Under the pieces are notes generated by a model. That model was not told the origin of the DNA. It saw only the letters and a list, made by a program, of their open reading frames with translations, and ran no database searches. The translations under genes and the position numbers were made by a program. 31,568 nt of DNA, taken from NCBI GenBank assembly GCA_038893995.1, contig JAWAQK010000027.1, positions 1-31,568 on the forward strand. The letters are read 5' to 3'. This document shows positions 8,049 through 18,174 of the stretch, one piece after another; positions within the stretch are counted from its first letter, which is position 1; the number at the start of each line of letters is the position of its first letter. Source of the DNA: Candidatus Thorarchaeota archaeon (GTDB lineage: Archaea; Asgardarchaeota; Thorarchaeia; Thorarchaeales; Thorarchaeaceae).

Positions 8049-9398
8049 TTGTCTCACGATCTTCTCGAGATTGCTCAGCGTACACTAGCTGAAGCGATAA
8101 GACTTGGTGCGAGACAGGTTGAGGTCTATGTCTCTAGTGTCAGATCCCTCAATCTTGAGGTCGAGAACAACGTGATCAATACGGTATCTCAACACAGTGA
8201 CGCTGGTGTAGGTGTGAGGGTCCTCGTTGGGAAGAGGATGGGCTATGCATATGCCACTGATATCCTTGAGAGTGATGCCATGCAGGTGGCACACGACTCA
8301 GTTGCACTTGCACGGATAGCACTGCCGGATCCCGCACTCGAGAGCTTACCCTCACCCAGTGGAGGATATCCTTCTGTGGGTGGGCTCTACGACAGACGAA
8401 TAGGGGATCTGACTCTGGAGGATGCCACAGACATGGTCCTTGAAACCGTCGATGCTGCAAGAGAGGTGTTGGTCCATCAAGACTTCGCAATTGAGGCACA
8501 TCTCACCTGTGCATCATCTTCCAGAGCAATAGTAAGCTCGCTGGGTGTGGAAGGGGTCTCCAGCTCGACATCGATATTGGTGTCATGCTCTCCTACGATC
8601 AGGACGCATGACGATCAGACATCGTCCTACGACTACGAACTGGGCCGCAGCCTGGACTCCGTTTCACCAGCACATGTTGGGGCAAATGCAGCACAGAATG
8701 CACTTGAGGTACTAGGCGCGAGAACTGTGGAGTGTGGAGACATGCCACTCGTCTTGACGCCAATGGCAGTTGAGTCAGTATTAGATCCTGGACTCACGGA
8801 GGCGCTGAATGCAGAGGAGGTCCTGTTCGGTCGGTCCTTCATGGGCAACGCAATAGGCGAAGAGGTGGCATCTCAGGAACTCCATGTGGTGGACGATGCT
8901 CTACTGCCTGGAGGCATTGGTTCAAGAGTGTTTGATGGTGAGGGCATGCCATCTCAGAGGACTGAGTTGATCAGTGATGGAGTGCTGAAGAGTCTACTTC
9001 ACAACTCCTATTCTGCGTTCAAGGTCGGTGTTCCTAACACGGCCAATGCCAGCCGAATCTCCTATAGGACACCCCCAGGCATCTCTTCCTCGAATCTTGT
9101 CGTGATCCCGGGCTCTGGCCACATCGATGACCTCGTTGCTGAGATGTCACGCGGCATTGTATGCAGATACACCGGAGATCGGCCCAATCCTGCAACTGGT
9201 GACCTCAGCGCTCTAGTGATGGAGGGCTTCTACGTCGAGGATGGTTCCATCAAACATCCCATCAAGAATACACTCGTGGGCATCAACATGCGTGACCTGC
9301 TCAAGCGCGTAGTGAGGATAGGGTCAGACGTACGCATGCTCAGTACAGTTGTGACACCATCCATTCTGATAGACTCTGTGAGAGTGACATCTGGCTGA
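8049..9398 (+). CDS. pmbA: PmbA/TldE subunit
   Basis: DAGVGVRV, FDGEG, LISDGVL, TANASR, NPATGDLS and TPSILI, with no HExxH. It lies directly after tldD. Confidence 0.92.
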   Translation: MSHDLLEIAQRTLAEAIRLGARQVEVYVSSVRSLNLEVENNVINTVSQHSDAGVGVRVLVGKRMGYAYATDILESDAMQVAHDSVALARIALPDPALESLPSPSGGYPSVGGLYDRRIGDLTLEDATDMVLETVDAAREVLVHQDFAIEAHLTCASSSRAIVSSLGVEGVSSSTSILVSCSPTIRTHDDQTSSYDYELGRSLDSVSPAHVGANAAQNALEVLGARTVECGDMPLVLTPMAVESVLDPGLTEALNAEEVLFGRSFMGNAIGEEVASQELHVVDDALLPGGIGSRVFDGEGMPSQRTELISDGVLKSLLHNSYSAFKVGVPNTANASRISYRTPPGISSSNLVVIPGSGHIDDLVAEMSRGIVCRYTGDRPNPATGDLSALVMEGFYVEDGSIKHPIKNTLVGINMRDLLKRVVRIGSDVRMLSTVVTPSILIDSVRVTSG

Positions 9399-11300
9399 CT
9401 ACATCCTATCCACAACCGGTATTCCCAGTAGGCGCATGGCGCTCGACATTGTGATCTCGTATGCCTTCACTAGTCTGATTCTGGCTGCCATCATGGCAGG
9501 CTCCGTGCGCAGGACAGGGCAAGCGTCGTAGAACCGACTGAAGAGAGTCGCAAGTTCGTAGCAGTAGGTCGTGAGCCTGTTTGAGTTGAAAACGACATCC
9601 CAGACATTCTGACGTATACTGTCAACTATCTGAATGATCTCTTCGGGAAGTCTTGATATCATCTTGACCAATGCAAACTCGTGCTGTGACGACAGGAGTG
9701 ACAGATCTGGCTCTTCCCCAATGCTGGGTGCCTTCTCCATTATTCTTCTGGCTCTGGCAACAGAGTATTGTAGGTATGGTCCTGCGTCGCCGGTAAAGTC
9801 TAGTGCCTCGTTCCACCTGAATACGATTCTCCTCTCTGGGGAGGCCTTCAACATGAAGTACCTGAGTGCTCCGACTGCGACTCTCTTGGCTATGTCGACC
9901 CTGACCTCCTCGGGTTGGTCTGGGTTACGCCTGTTGACTTCTTCGAGTGCCAGGGCCTCAAGTCTATTCAGGACATCATCGCAGGTATAGCCGACCCATG
10001 TTCCCAGTCGCCCCGATAGGTCGGCGCCCTCGAGGTCTACAAACTCATAGACCACATGCCGAGAGTTCTGACTCTGTTGCTTGTATCCCATGAGATCGAG
10101 TATGGTGTATATCAGCTTCTGGGGATGGACCTGGTCTGATCCGATGACGTTGAAGACATAGTCAAACTTTCCGAGTCTTCTCTTGCGGCCCCTTGTAGTG
10201 GTCCTGTACACGGGTCTGCCGTTTGGTTGCTTCTCGAACACCTCGTACCTGAATGGGTCCTCTACGATGCCAAACTTCCACATCTGGAAGGCAAGGTCTG
10301 CACCAGTGTAGGTCCTGGTACCATCTGACCTGAAGAGTACCTTGTAGGGCTCCTTCATGTTCTTGAACTCGTCCAGCCTGTCCAGCATGACCACGATGCA
10401 GCCCTTCTTCTCGCCCTCCTCAAGTCGGGTGACGCAGTCGCATCTGAGCATCATCTCTCTTGCCCGGTCTAGAAGCCCGCTGTGGGCAATTGTACTCTCC
10501 CAGACCTGATAGTCGTGATAGATCCCAAGTCGATAGGACGTTTGATTCTGAGCCCTCAGACATTCCTCCACCATCTTCGAGCTGACTCCAAACTCCACGG
10601 AGTCCAAGTTCTCGAGCTGCCTAGCGACTTCGCGGACCTCTTCCTCCACCTTCTTGTCCTTCTCGAAGGCCTCCTGCACCTCGACGTACAGACGCCCGAG
10701 GTAGTGGTCGTACTTCTCCTTGACGTCACTGGAGGGGATGTTCATCATCTTCCATGTCAGTTGTGCGACCTGGAGGCCGAGATCGTTGATGTAGTCTGTA
10801 CGGACCACTCTGTATCCCACTGCCTCTAGGATATTGCCCAGCGTGTCTCCAATGATCGCGTTTCTCGCATGACCAATGTGCCAGGGTTTGGATGGGTTGA
10901 CGGCGGGCGACTCAATGAGGGCCGACTCGCCCCTATAGACAGTGGTCATCCCATACTCCTTCCCTCGTCTGGATACAGCAGGTATCACAATACTGGCGAG
11001 GGTACCAGGATCCAGGAACACATTGAGATACGGTCCCTTAGACTCCGCTCTCCTGACTAGTCTATCACCTGACTCTCCAACACTGGATGCCAGTTCGGTT
11101 GCAATCAGGTTTGGATTCTTCTTCTGTTCCTTTGCCAACCGAAAGGCGATGGTATATGCAAGATCTCCGAGCGAGGGGTCTGGGGGCGTTTCAACAGTCC
11201 TCAGTACGATGTCTTTCTGGACACCGGCCACTCTTGCAACAATGTCTGTGACACGATCTACGATCGACCGCCACGGGTTCTCCAAGTAGCTCTCAGTCAT
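9399..11300 (-). CDS. argS: Arginyl-tRNA synthetase
   Basis: PPDPSLGDLA, GPYLN, NPSKPWHIGHARN (HIGH), DYINDLGLQVA, RSDGTRTY, GDAGPYLQYSVARA and the ending LLGIPVVDRM. The start is placed at ATG 11300; the ORF track extends it to 11351. Confidence 0.96.
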   Translation of the reverse strand: MTESYLENPWRSIVDRVTDIVARVAGVQKDIVLRTVETPPDPSLGDLAYTIAFRLAKEQKKNPNLIATELASSVGESGDRLVRRAESKGPYLNVFLDPGTLASIVIPAVSRRGKEYGMTTVYRGESALIESPAVNPSKPWHIGHARNAIIGDTLGNILEAVGYRVVRTDYINDLGLQVAQLTWKMMNIPSSDVKEKYDHYLGRLYVEVQEAFEKDKKVEEEVREVARQLENLDSVEFGVSSKMVEECLRAQNQTSYRLGIYHDYQVWESTIAHSGLLDRAREMMLRCDCVTRLEEGEKKGCIVVMLDRLDEFKNMKEPYKVLFRSDGTRTYTGADLAFQMWKFGIVEDPFRYEVFEKQPNGRPVYRTTTRGRKRRLGKFDYVFNVIGSDQVHPQKLIYTILDLMGYKQQSQNSRHVVYEFVDLEGADLSGRLGTWVGYTCDDVLNRLEALALEEVNRRNPDQPEEVRVDIAKRVAVGALRYFMLKASPERRIVFRWNEALDFTGDAGPYLQYSVARARRIMEKAPSIGEEPDLSLLSSQHEFALVKMISRLPEEIIQIVDSIRQNVWDVVFNSNRLTTYCYELATLFSRFYDACPVLRTEPAMMAARIRLVKAYEITMSSAMRLLGIPVVDRM

Positions 11301-11581
11301 CGGGAGATGGCCCCACTTCCATGGACCTCTCGGAATACGCTCATAAACCAAGCGATACTCGGCAGATCACTTGTCCGAATTCAGTCAAAGTAGCATCGGT
11401 TTCTCATGGCCCGAGAGCCTGTCTGGAGTCTTTCCGACCGCCAGTATATGGAGGACTCACCTGGTCGGTGCAAATACTTATTTACCTTTGTTCCATCCGA
11501 ACAGTAACGCGCGTCACCACTTCCAACTCACGCCAACTTCAGTTGCATTGGTTCCCAGCCTTAGCTGCAGGCTTGGCTCAG

Positions 11582-12565
11582 ATGGCACCGTGGGAGATGA
11601 TCCGACTGGTCAGCAGACTGATTAAGACCCCCGATAGACCTCGCGACAGAAGCCTCACACCATCCGGGCAGGTCTGTCCAGTGTGTAGCTCCACTGAAGT
11701 CCACATCGATTTGACCCGTGGCGAAGTGATATGCGCCGGCTGCGGGCTGGTTCTCTCGGACCATTCCATTGATATGGGTCCAGAATGGAGGGCATTCACA
11801 GCAGATGAGCAGAATGCTCGTCAGCGTGTGGGAGGTCCAACTGACTGGAGCAAGTTCGATCAGGGCTTGACAACAGTCATTGGTAACCAGAACGTGGACG
11901 CATCCGGTCGCAGACTCAATTCTAACCGACGGGCACAGATAAACAGGCTTCGTAAGTGGCAGATACGCACCAAAGTTCACTCCTCTGACAAGCGCAATCT
12001 TGCAGTCGCAATGACGGAGCTTCATCGCATAAGCTCCCAGCTCAGTATTCCTTATTCTATCCGTGAGACCTCAGCCGTCATCTACAGGAAGGCCCTCCGC
12101 AAGCGTCTCACGCGCGGACGGACGATCCTGGGTATGATTGCAGCCTCTCTCTATCTTGCCTGTCGAGTCCATCAGGTTCCACGTCCCCTTGAGGAGGTCG
12201 TGGAACAGATACACATCACTCGAAAGGAGCTGAGCCTGTGCGTACGACTCATACTTCGACATCTGAACCTCAAGATCCCGTTCTCAAACCCCGTTGAGTT
12301 TGTCCACAGGTTTGGCATGGAACTGAATCTGCCTGGCGAGACCCGACGGAAGGCAATCGACATTCTCAGGATGGCACGCGAGGAGCATCTCACGATAGGA
12401 AAGGATCCAAAGGGGATGGCGGCTGCAGCCATCTACATCTCGAGTATTCTGACAGGCACAAGGCGGACCCAGCTGGAGATCGCAAGAACTGCTAGGGTCA
12501 CTGAAGTGACTGTCAGGAATCGCTACAAGGAGATAGTCGAGAAGCTCAACATAACTACCACCTAG
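11582..12565 (+). CDS. tfb: Transcription initiation factor IIB (TFB)
   Basis: Zn ribbon CPVC...CAGCG, IDMGPEWRAF, RLRKWQ and two cyclin repeats (GKDPKGMAAAAIY, VTEVTVRNRYKE). The start is uncertain (ATG 11582 or 11597). Confidence 0.95.
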   Translation: MAPWEMIRLVSRLIKTPDRPRDRSLTPSGQVCPVCSSTEVHIDLTRGEVICAGCGLVLSDHSIDMGPEWRAFTADEQNARQRVGGPTDWSKFDQGLTTVIGNQNVDASGRRLNSNRRAQINRLRKWQIRTKVHSSDKRNLAVAMTELHRISSQLSIPYSIRETSAVIYRKALRKRLTRGRTILGMIAASLYLACRVHQVPRPLEEVVEQIHITRKELSLCVRLILRHLNLKIPFSNPVEFVHRFGMELNLPGETRRKAIDILRMAREEHLTIGKDPKGMAAAAIYISSILTGTRRTQLEIARTARVTEVTVRNRYKEIVEKLNITTT

Positions 12566-12666
12566 AAACGGTGGCGGCCGGGTCGATCATCTGCAGTGCG
12601 ACCCGGCTGTCTTCCCCGTTCATCCCGCATATGCTTATCACGACTCAACTGTCAGCATTATCTCGG

Positions 12667-13518
12667 ATGATGCATGTCTTGTCCTCGAAACGGTTCATTC
12701 ACGGTGCGTGGTTGATAGAGAAGGACACAGGGAGGACCATGGTCTCACGTGTATACGACCGTACCGAGATCGATATGGACCTGATAGGACCATATCTCTC
12801 AGCCACTCACACCTTCATAGACAGGGCCTCCAGGGAATCGCTCAAGACAATAGATACCGAGAGCAGCAAGTTCGTGTGGGAGACCACAGACCAGCTTCTG
12901 CTTGTGATGGCGGTATCGAAGAATGCACGTCCTGCTCACATCCGTTTTCTTCTACGCTACTGCATCAACGAATTCATGTCTAACCACATTCCCCCCGGCG
13001 AGACCCTCTCCACGATGCTGAAGAGTTGGACCGGCTCTGCTGACACATTCCAGTCGTTTGCCAACTTCCTTGATGAGCTTGTGGAGCAGTACGAGTCCAC
13101 AGACGAGAGTCTTGTGGCCAGCAAGTCGATGGACTGTCTTGAGGTGTACAACCATCTGTTTCGGTCCCTTATGTCTGTCAAGGTCGACCATGAGCTGCGA
13201 GAGAGGCTCGTCAGTGAGATCAGTCGGGCAATGGAACCGCTGATCAAGAAGTACCCGTTCTTGTCAAGGGCAACAGTCGACACGGCCGGCATTGAGGCAC
13301 TTGACATCGATGTCGCAAAGTCTGTCGTCGAATACCGGGTCTTGAGAAAGGCGCTTGAAGAGCTGTTTGTCGTGGTGACGCAGATCATCAAGAGGACGGT
13401 CGATACGTCAGCGTTCCGTAACATGATATTTGACCATGTGATGCCCTACGTGAAACGGGACATGGATCGGCTCCAGACATATGCCATTCTCGACAACGTC
13501 ATTCGGAACATCTTCTAG
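12667..13518 (+). CDS. Longin-like domain protein with an uncharacterised helical C-terminal domain
   Basis: IHGAWLIEKDTGRTMVSR...DMDLIGPYLSATHTF...LKTI...LLLVMAVS...FM..WTG..DTFQSF follows the Asgard longin pattern. The start is uncertain. Confidence 0.7.
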   Translation: MMHVLSSKRFIHGAWLIEKDTGRTMVSRVYDRTEIDMDLIGPYLSATHTFIDRASRESLKTIDTESSKFVWETTDQLLLVMAVSKNARPAHIRFLLRYCINEFMSNHIPPGETLSTMLKSWTGSADTFQSFANFLDELVEQYESTDESLVASKSMDCLEVYNHLFRSLMSVKVDHELRERLVSEISRAMEPLIKKYPFLSRATVDTAGIEALDIDVAKSVVEYRVLRKALEELFVVVTQIIKRTVDTSAFRNMIFDHVMPYVKRDMDRLQTYAILDNVIRNIF

Positions 13519-14849
13519 GTCTTGCAGAGGGTGATGACCTCTCGTTGTACAATCTGCCCTCTCTTCCTCTCAGGTAGGGCAGGCCTGTCCTCTCTGAGTT
13601 TCTTGGATATGACACCGCGATTGTCGACAACTCTGTCACGGGGGAACGGGTCGCATACGCGGAACCCCGTGTCCCTCGTCATCTCTGCGAGGTCTATGCT
13701 GACAGGGCCCAGTTCTGTGCTGACTACGGGCAGGGTCATCGCGAGTTTTCCCTTGGGTTTGAGGATATTCGAGAGACTCCTCAATGATTCCTGATAGAGC
13801 TGAGTGAGGGCAATCATGCTCTTCTGGGCCTCATCCCAAGTGGGGATGTCCTTGTACACTGGTCCAAGTGGGGGCTCTGAAACTATGGCGTCAAAGACCC
13901 GTTCCAGTATCTGATGTGCCCTACGGGCATCGCCCCTGACCACGCTGAACCTCAGTCTGTCTCCGATAATACTTCCGAGCCATCTCATGTTGCTCTTGGT
14001 GCCATCGATCGCGCGGGGGTCGATGTCCAACCCGACACACTCGATGTCAAGTAGTGCCGCCTCCATCAGTACGGTCCCAGTACCACAGAATGGATCGAGT
14101 ATGACCTGCCCAGATCGGACACCGGCGAGATTCAGTAGAGCCCTACAGAGCTTTGGGCTCGTCGTTATCTCTGCGACCACGTAGGGCCTGTTCTCATCCC
14201 GGTGACGCTGAAAGATGGAATCGTATACAGCAGCAGTCTTACCGACATATACTGAGCTCTCAGTGAAGGCAAGGATGATCTCCGCGTTGGGCGGCCTGAG
14301 CAGTCCGTGTCTTGCCAGGGTATGGGGCCAGAGCGCAGTGTTCGGTCGTTCAGGGTCTCTCCTGTCTGGGCCCTCGTACACGTAGTATGATACCTTCTTG
14401 GCTCCCCTCTCGGTGAGCATGTCCTTGACTGTCTCATCGATGCCAAGTGTCAGTTTTCTGAGGTCCACTCTCGATCTCTTGGATACTGGATATGTACTCA
14501 CAGCGAATCTCACAGTCTTCCTCCTGGCATCCTTCCACACAGATCCCAGCCATCTGCAGGATAATACTTCCCGTCTGGCTTCGAGGTCAGCTCGACCACT
14601 CTTCGGAAACGCACGGATGACCGTCTTTGCATCGTATGTGTCGATGACGGTGGCTGTCTTGTAGCATCCGCCCAGTGAGGACTGAATCTCGACGAGCCTA
14701 TCCACGTCGAGCCGCTTCTCAGTTTCGTATATGCATACGTTTCTTGAGAAGTCCACAACCCGTCCTGGGACATCGTTGTTGTCCATGCACGCGATGAGTT
14801 CGGCGACTGACAAGAGCCAGTTCTTTCCCAGGACGAATAGGTATTGCAC
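13515..14849 (-). CDS. trm11: tRNA (guanine-10-N2)-methyltransferase, Trm11/Trm-G10-like
   Basis: N-terminus YLFVLGKNWLLSVAEL, SPKLCRALLNL, ILDPFCGTGTVLMEA, GLDID, GDAR and IVSEPPLG. The GTG start at 14849 overlaps the upstream stop. Confidence 0.85.
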   Translation of the reverse strand: MQYLFVLGKNWLLSVAELIACMDNNDVPGRVVDFSRNVCIYETEKRLDVDRLVEIQSSLGGCYKTATVIDTYDAKTVIRAFPKSGRADLEARREVLSCRWLGSVWKDARRKTVRFAVSTYPVSKRSRVDLRKLTLGIDETVKDMLTERGAKKVSYYVYEGPDRRDPERPNTALWPHTLARHGLLRPPNAEIILAFTESSVYVGKTAAVYDSIFQRHRDENRPYVVAEITTSPKLCRALLNLAGVRSGQVILDPFCGTGTVLMEAALLDIECVGLDIDPRAIDGTKSNMRWLGSIIGDRLRFSVVRGDARRAHQILERVFDAIVSEPPLGPVYKDIPTWDEAQKSMIALTQLYQESLRSLSNILKPKGKLAMTLPVVSTELGPVSIDLAEMTRDTGFRVCDPFPRDRVVDNRGVISKKLREDRPALPERKRGQIVQREVITLCKT

Positions 14850-15691
14850 TACTCCTCGCTCTCCCTGATCATGTGATATAGCTGTTTGACATAGACTGCT
14901 CCCGTGACCGGATCGGGGGTCTCTGATATGAACGTTGGACTGTATCCCCTCTCCACAACAAGCCTCACAAGGGGAAATACATCCGGTCCCCACTCCCCAC
15001 CCATGGGCCTGTGTTCTCTCTCCCCCGTGTCTCCAAAGGTGATGCCGCTCACGTGGAAATGCATGTTGTTGACAAAGCGTTCTCCCAGTTCGCGCTCGAA
15101 GGTGTCCAGCACTCTTGCAAAGTCCTCGGCCCCGAGGTTTCCCTGGTTGCGCGCGTAGAGGTGCGCCCAATCGATCGTCGGCACACAACGGTCTATGTCC
15201 TGGCAGAGTCGGAGGATCTCCTCTAGAGATCCAAAGGCATTTGTCTTCCCTGCCGTCTCGGGACATAACAGGGTCTTGTTGTCGGCATCGATAGCCTCGC
15301 ATATAGACCTCAGCGAGTCTCTGACGATGGGATATGCCTCCTCCGGAGTCAGCCCACTGTAGCTTCCGACGTGAAATACCAGTCGCCTCACCGACATCAG
15401 AGGTGAGAGCCTGAGTCCACGCACTAGCCTGGCCCTCGACCTGGCTCTGATCTGTGGATCCTTTGAAACGAGGCTTATGTAGTATTCCGCGTGCATGCTC
15501 ATCAATATCCTGTGTCTGTCCGCTGCCTCGCCGATGGCTCGTGCGCCACTCTCGTTGACTCTGAGACCGTAGACCGCCTCGTACTCCAATGCATTGAGTC
15601 CCAGTTTGTTGAGCAGGTCGAGTGCAGTGTCTGTGTCCTTGGAACCCTCAGGATACCCCGCCGGCCCAAACCTCACATCGGTCACGGTCAC
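14849..15691 (-). CDS. nfo: Endonuclease IV (AP endonuclease family 2)
   Basis: VRFGPAG, SMHAEYYISL, VFHVG, PETAGK..FGSLEE, IDWAHLYAR, HFHVSGI, EHRP and ISETP. The start is a GTGA overlap with the upstream stop. Confidence 0.92.
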   Translation of the reverse strand: MTVTDVRFGPAGYPEGSKDTDTALDLLNKLGLNALEYEAVYGLRVNESGARAIGEAADRHRILMSMHAEYYISLVSKDPQIRARSRARLVRGLRLSPLMSVRRLVFHVGSYSGLTPEEAYPIVRDSLRSICEAIDADNKTLLCPETAGKTNAFGSLEEILRLCQDIDRCVPTIDWAHLYARNQGNLGAEDFARVLDTFERELGERFVNNMHFHVSGITFGDTGEREHRPMGGEWGPDVFPLVRLVVERGYSPTFISETPDPVTGAVYVKQLYHMIRESEE

Positions 15692-16194
15692 TCCTCCAGC
15701 GAGAACTCCCATGCACAATAGGCGTGATCCGGGTGTGGATCTGGTGGGCAGAAGACGCACTTAGTCCTTATGCGCGGGTCGACGGTCTTTGCGAACTCCT
15801 CGTACTCGATCATGCCCACCTGTTTGCAGGGGAAGTCGGGGAGTCCCTTGCGGTTTCTGGCGGTCTGGACCCTGCAAGACTCCATGGTGAACAGTAGCCT
15901 ATTGTCGTCTAACCATCTTGTGGACTGCTTGTTGAGTGCAGCATAGACCCTGTATTTGAGGGCCTTCTCAAGCGCCTTCAGTCCTCCATTTGCGGTGATT
16001 CCGAATTCCTTCATTATTCGGGATGCCTCGATAGGTGAGAATATCCTCCATGCTGCCTTATCGATCTCGATGGCAACGTCCATGCCGTACTTCTCCTCAA
16101 GTGAAAGAAAGTAGGCACCGTCCATCGCTTGCCACGCCTTTGCGAACATGTCAACGATCTTCAGTAGCTCCTCCTTTGAACACTCTTCGAACAT
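15688..16194 (-). CDS. DUF6125-like protein (ATC-hydrolase/V4R-like fold)
   Basis: AKAWQAMDGAYF..EEKYG.D.A..ID..AW, CRVQTAR..KGL..FPCK and CVFCPPDPHP..YCAWEF. Confidence 0.75.
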   Translation of the reverse strand: MFEECSKEELLKIVDMFAKAWQAMDGAYFLSLEEKYGMDVAIEIDKAAWRIFSPIEASRIMKEFGITANGGLKALEKALKYRVYAALNKQSTRWLDDNRLLFTMESCRVQTARNRKGLPDFPCKQVGMIEYEEFAKTVDPRIRTKCVFCPPDPHPDHAYCAWEFSLEE

Positions 16195-16349
16195 GTCTGT
16201 GCCTCGCAGACTAGTTTGAGTATCACTGCTATGAATGCTTGGATTCGAGGTTCTCTGCCGACAATTCATGTCGGCCTTGCAGCTATCTGCAGTAGAGGGT
16301 GGGAAACTCTTTAATGCTGCTGACGGGGCCACTAGCGTGGTGAGTTGTA

Positions 16350-17243
16350 TTGGCAGACCCGAAGGCACTGCTCAGCATAATCAGACCGCAGAACTGCATC
16401 ATAGGCGGGCTGACTGTCATAGCAGGGATTGCGATTGCCTATGTTCAGGCCCCTGTTGGGGCAATTGAGAGTTATACTCACGTGTTTCTCTATGGTTACC
16501 TGACCTACTTCTTCGTGGCCGCCGGAGGTAACATTGTCAATGACATATTTGACATCGAAGTGGACAAGATCAACCGTCCTCATCGTGCGCTTCCCAGCGG
16601 CAGGATGACTGTCAGAGAGGCATGGGCCTATGTGGGATTCAACTCAGTGTTGGGCGTGTTCTTCGCTTGGCTCAACGGTTTCTATGGTACTCTACTGGTG
16701 ATTCTCTTCCTCGGGGTTGGTTACGTCTACGCTGCGAAGGTCAAGACACTCGGGATAGCTGGAAACTTCATGGTGGCCTTCTCGTTCGCATTTGGCGTCA
16801 TATACGGGTCATTCATATACGCTGAGATGATCTCCTCATTCGTTATCCCCGTGCCGACATGGTTGTTCTTTGTGACGGCCTTCATGATACTTCAGGCTCG
16901 TGAGACCATCAAGGGCGCTGAGGATGTGGAGGGCGACAGGTTGAGGAATGTGAGGACGATCGCCCGAGTCCATGGCTTCCGAGCCGCGGCGGTGGTTCAG
17001 CTTCTACTCAATCTGCTGGGCGTTGTCTGCTACACTCTGATATGGGTCCTTGGATTTGCCAGTTGGGACCTCTGGCTACTTCTTGTGACCGGCGTCATCG
17101 TAGTGCTGGCGGCAGGCATAGTTCCCCTGACAGGTCCCAGTAACAAGTCAAGACTGAAGATGGCGAGCACTCTGGACAAGGTCGGTGCTCTGATTGGACT
17201 AGTTGCCTTTGTGCTGATTCCGCTCTACTCGATACTATGGTGA
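16350..17243 (+). CDS. Digeranylgeranylglyceryl phosphate synthase (UbiA family)
   Basis: IIRPQNC, NDIFDIEVDKINRPHRALPSG, RETIKGAEDVEGD and multiple TM segments. Confidence 0.92.
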   Translation: MADPKALLSIIRPQNCIIGGLTVIAGIAIAYVQAPVGAIESYTHVFLYGYLTYFFVAAGGNIVNDIFDIEVDKINRPHRALPSGRMTVREAWAYVGFNSVLGVFFAWLNGFYGTLLVILFLGVGYVYAAKVKTLGIAGNFMVAFSFAFGVIYGSFIYAEMISSFVIPVPTWLFFVTAFMILQARETIKGAEDVEGDRLRNVRTIARVHGFRAAAVVQLLLNLLGVVCYTLIWVLGFASWDLWLLLVTGVIVVLAAGIVPLTGPSNKSRLKMASTLDKVGALIGLVAFVLIPLYSILW

Positions 17244-17244
17244 G

Positions 17245-18045
17245 CTAGTGTACTTGCCAGAACGTCAGAATGAGAATTGCTGTGCATATGGCAGAGATCG
17301 CAAATGCCCACGAAGTTGAGGTATTGTGCACTTCCCTGATACCGAAGGCCAAGATGAACCCGACCCATATGAACGAGGCGGTGGTCAGGTAGTCTATGAT
17401 GACGAATGCGCCCGACTGAAACACAGTCGTCACGATGTATGTTGTACCATATTGCTCTACTGACATCTCTGGAATCGTCAACATCAGGATGAGGACTCCC
17501 AGCAGCCTTGCCAGTATCACAGGCACCAAGCTGTATCCGACGATCATCATGGACCTGCCGTACCTTGCAGTACCGCCGGCTATCTTCAATATGACATGAG
17601 CAGCTCCGGCACCTATCGTCAGGTAGAGCATACCCAGAATCAAGTTGGGGACGATTGTGAATAGCCCTACGCTTATTACTCCCGGTGCGACAGGGCTAGA
17701 CAGAAGACCAATCGCGACAGGTTCCTCATCAACTATGTAGTTCAGCGTCAGTTTGGAGCACACTGCAAGGAATGCCGCTGTCATGATCAGTGCGTTGAAG
17801 AGGACTACAACGGCAGGACCCCTGCCATCCGGTCGTCGAGCGATGTCCCGGAATGTAGCAGCCGGCCTGATCAAGACTCCTATTATCCTACCCACGAGCC
17901 CGAGCGTCTTGACGTCCTCTGCAAGTGGTCGTTTCAGAAATGGGAGTACTCTCTCGAGAATCTCTTCGGCTATCTTCTGTCCGCAGACGGGACAGACAGT
18001 TGCGTCCGAGGGTACTGGACTGTTGCAGGCGCTGCATCTTCTCAC
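17245..18045 (-). CDS. Zinc-ribbon + Yip1-domain membrane protein
   Basis: N-terminal CSAC..CPVC, GVLIRPAATFRDI, LKIAGG..YG..M.IVGYSLVP, GIREVH and about 5 TM helices. Confidence 0.8.
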   Translation of the reverse strand: MRRCSACNSPVPSDATVCPVCGQKIAEEILERVLPFLKRPLAEDVKTLGLVGRIIGVLIRPAATFRDIARRPDGRGPAVVVLFNALIMTAAFLAVCSKLTLNYIVDEEPVAIGLLSSPVAPGVISVGLFTIVPNLILGMLYLTIGAGAAHVILKIAGGTARYGRSMMIVGYSLVPVILARLLGVLILMLTIPEMSVEQYGTTYIVTTVFQSGAFVIIDYLTTASFIWVGFILAFGIREVHNTSTSWAFAISAICTAILILTFWQVH

Positions 18046-18174
18046 TGGAGGTCATCCCAGCGCTGTTTCTGTATTGACGACCCTTGCGTTCTCTATTTAA
18101 TGTATCTTGGGCGTGTCAGCTGTAAGCACCCTTGAGGTCCCCCTCCTGCCACGAAGATTGTCTCGACAGAATGA

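Noticed and set aside
11321-11581. 87-aa N-terminal extension of TFB in the ORF track
   Set aside because: It has no TFB-like features and spans the divergent argS/tfb promoter region, so it is probably an incidental open frame.
14850-15302. Long N-terminal extension of Trm11 in the ORF track
   Set aside because: It lies in an alternate frame inside the endonuclease IV gene; a coupled GTG start at 14849 fits better.
15688-16194. Possible TRAPP/Bet3-like V4R protein
   Set aside because: The motifs fit the widespread DUF6125/ATC-hydrolase-like group, and I see no Bet3-specific evidence.
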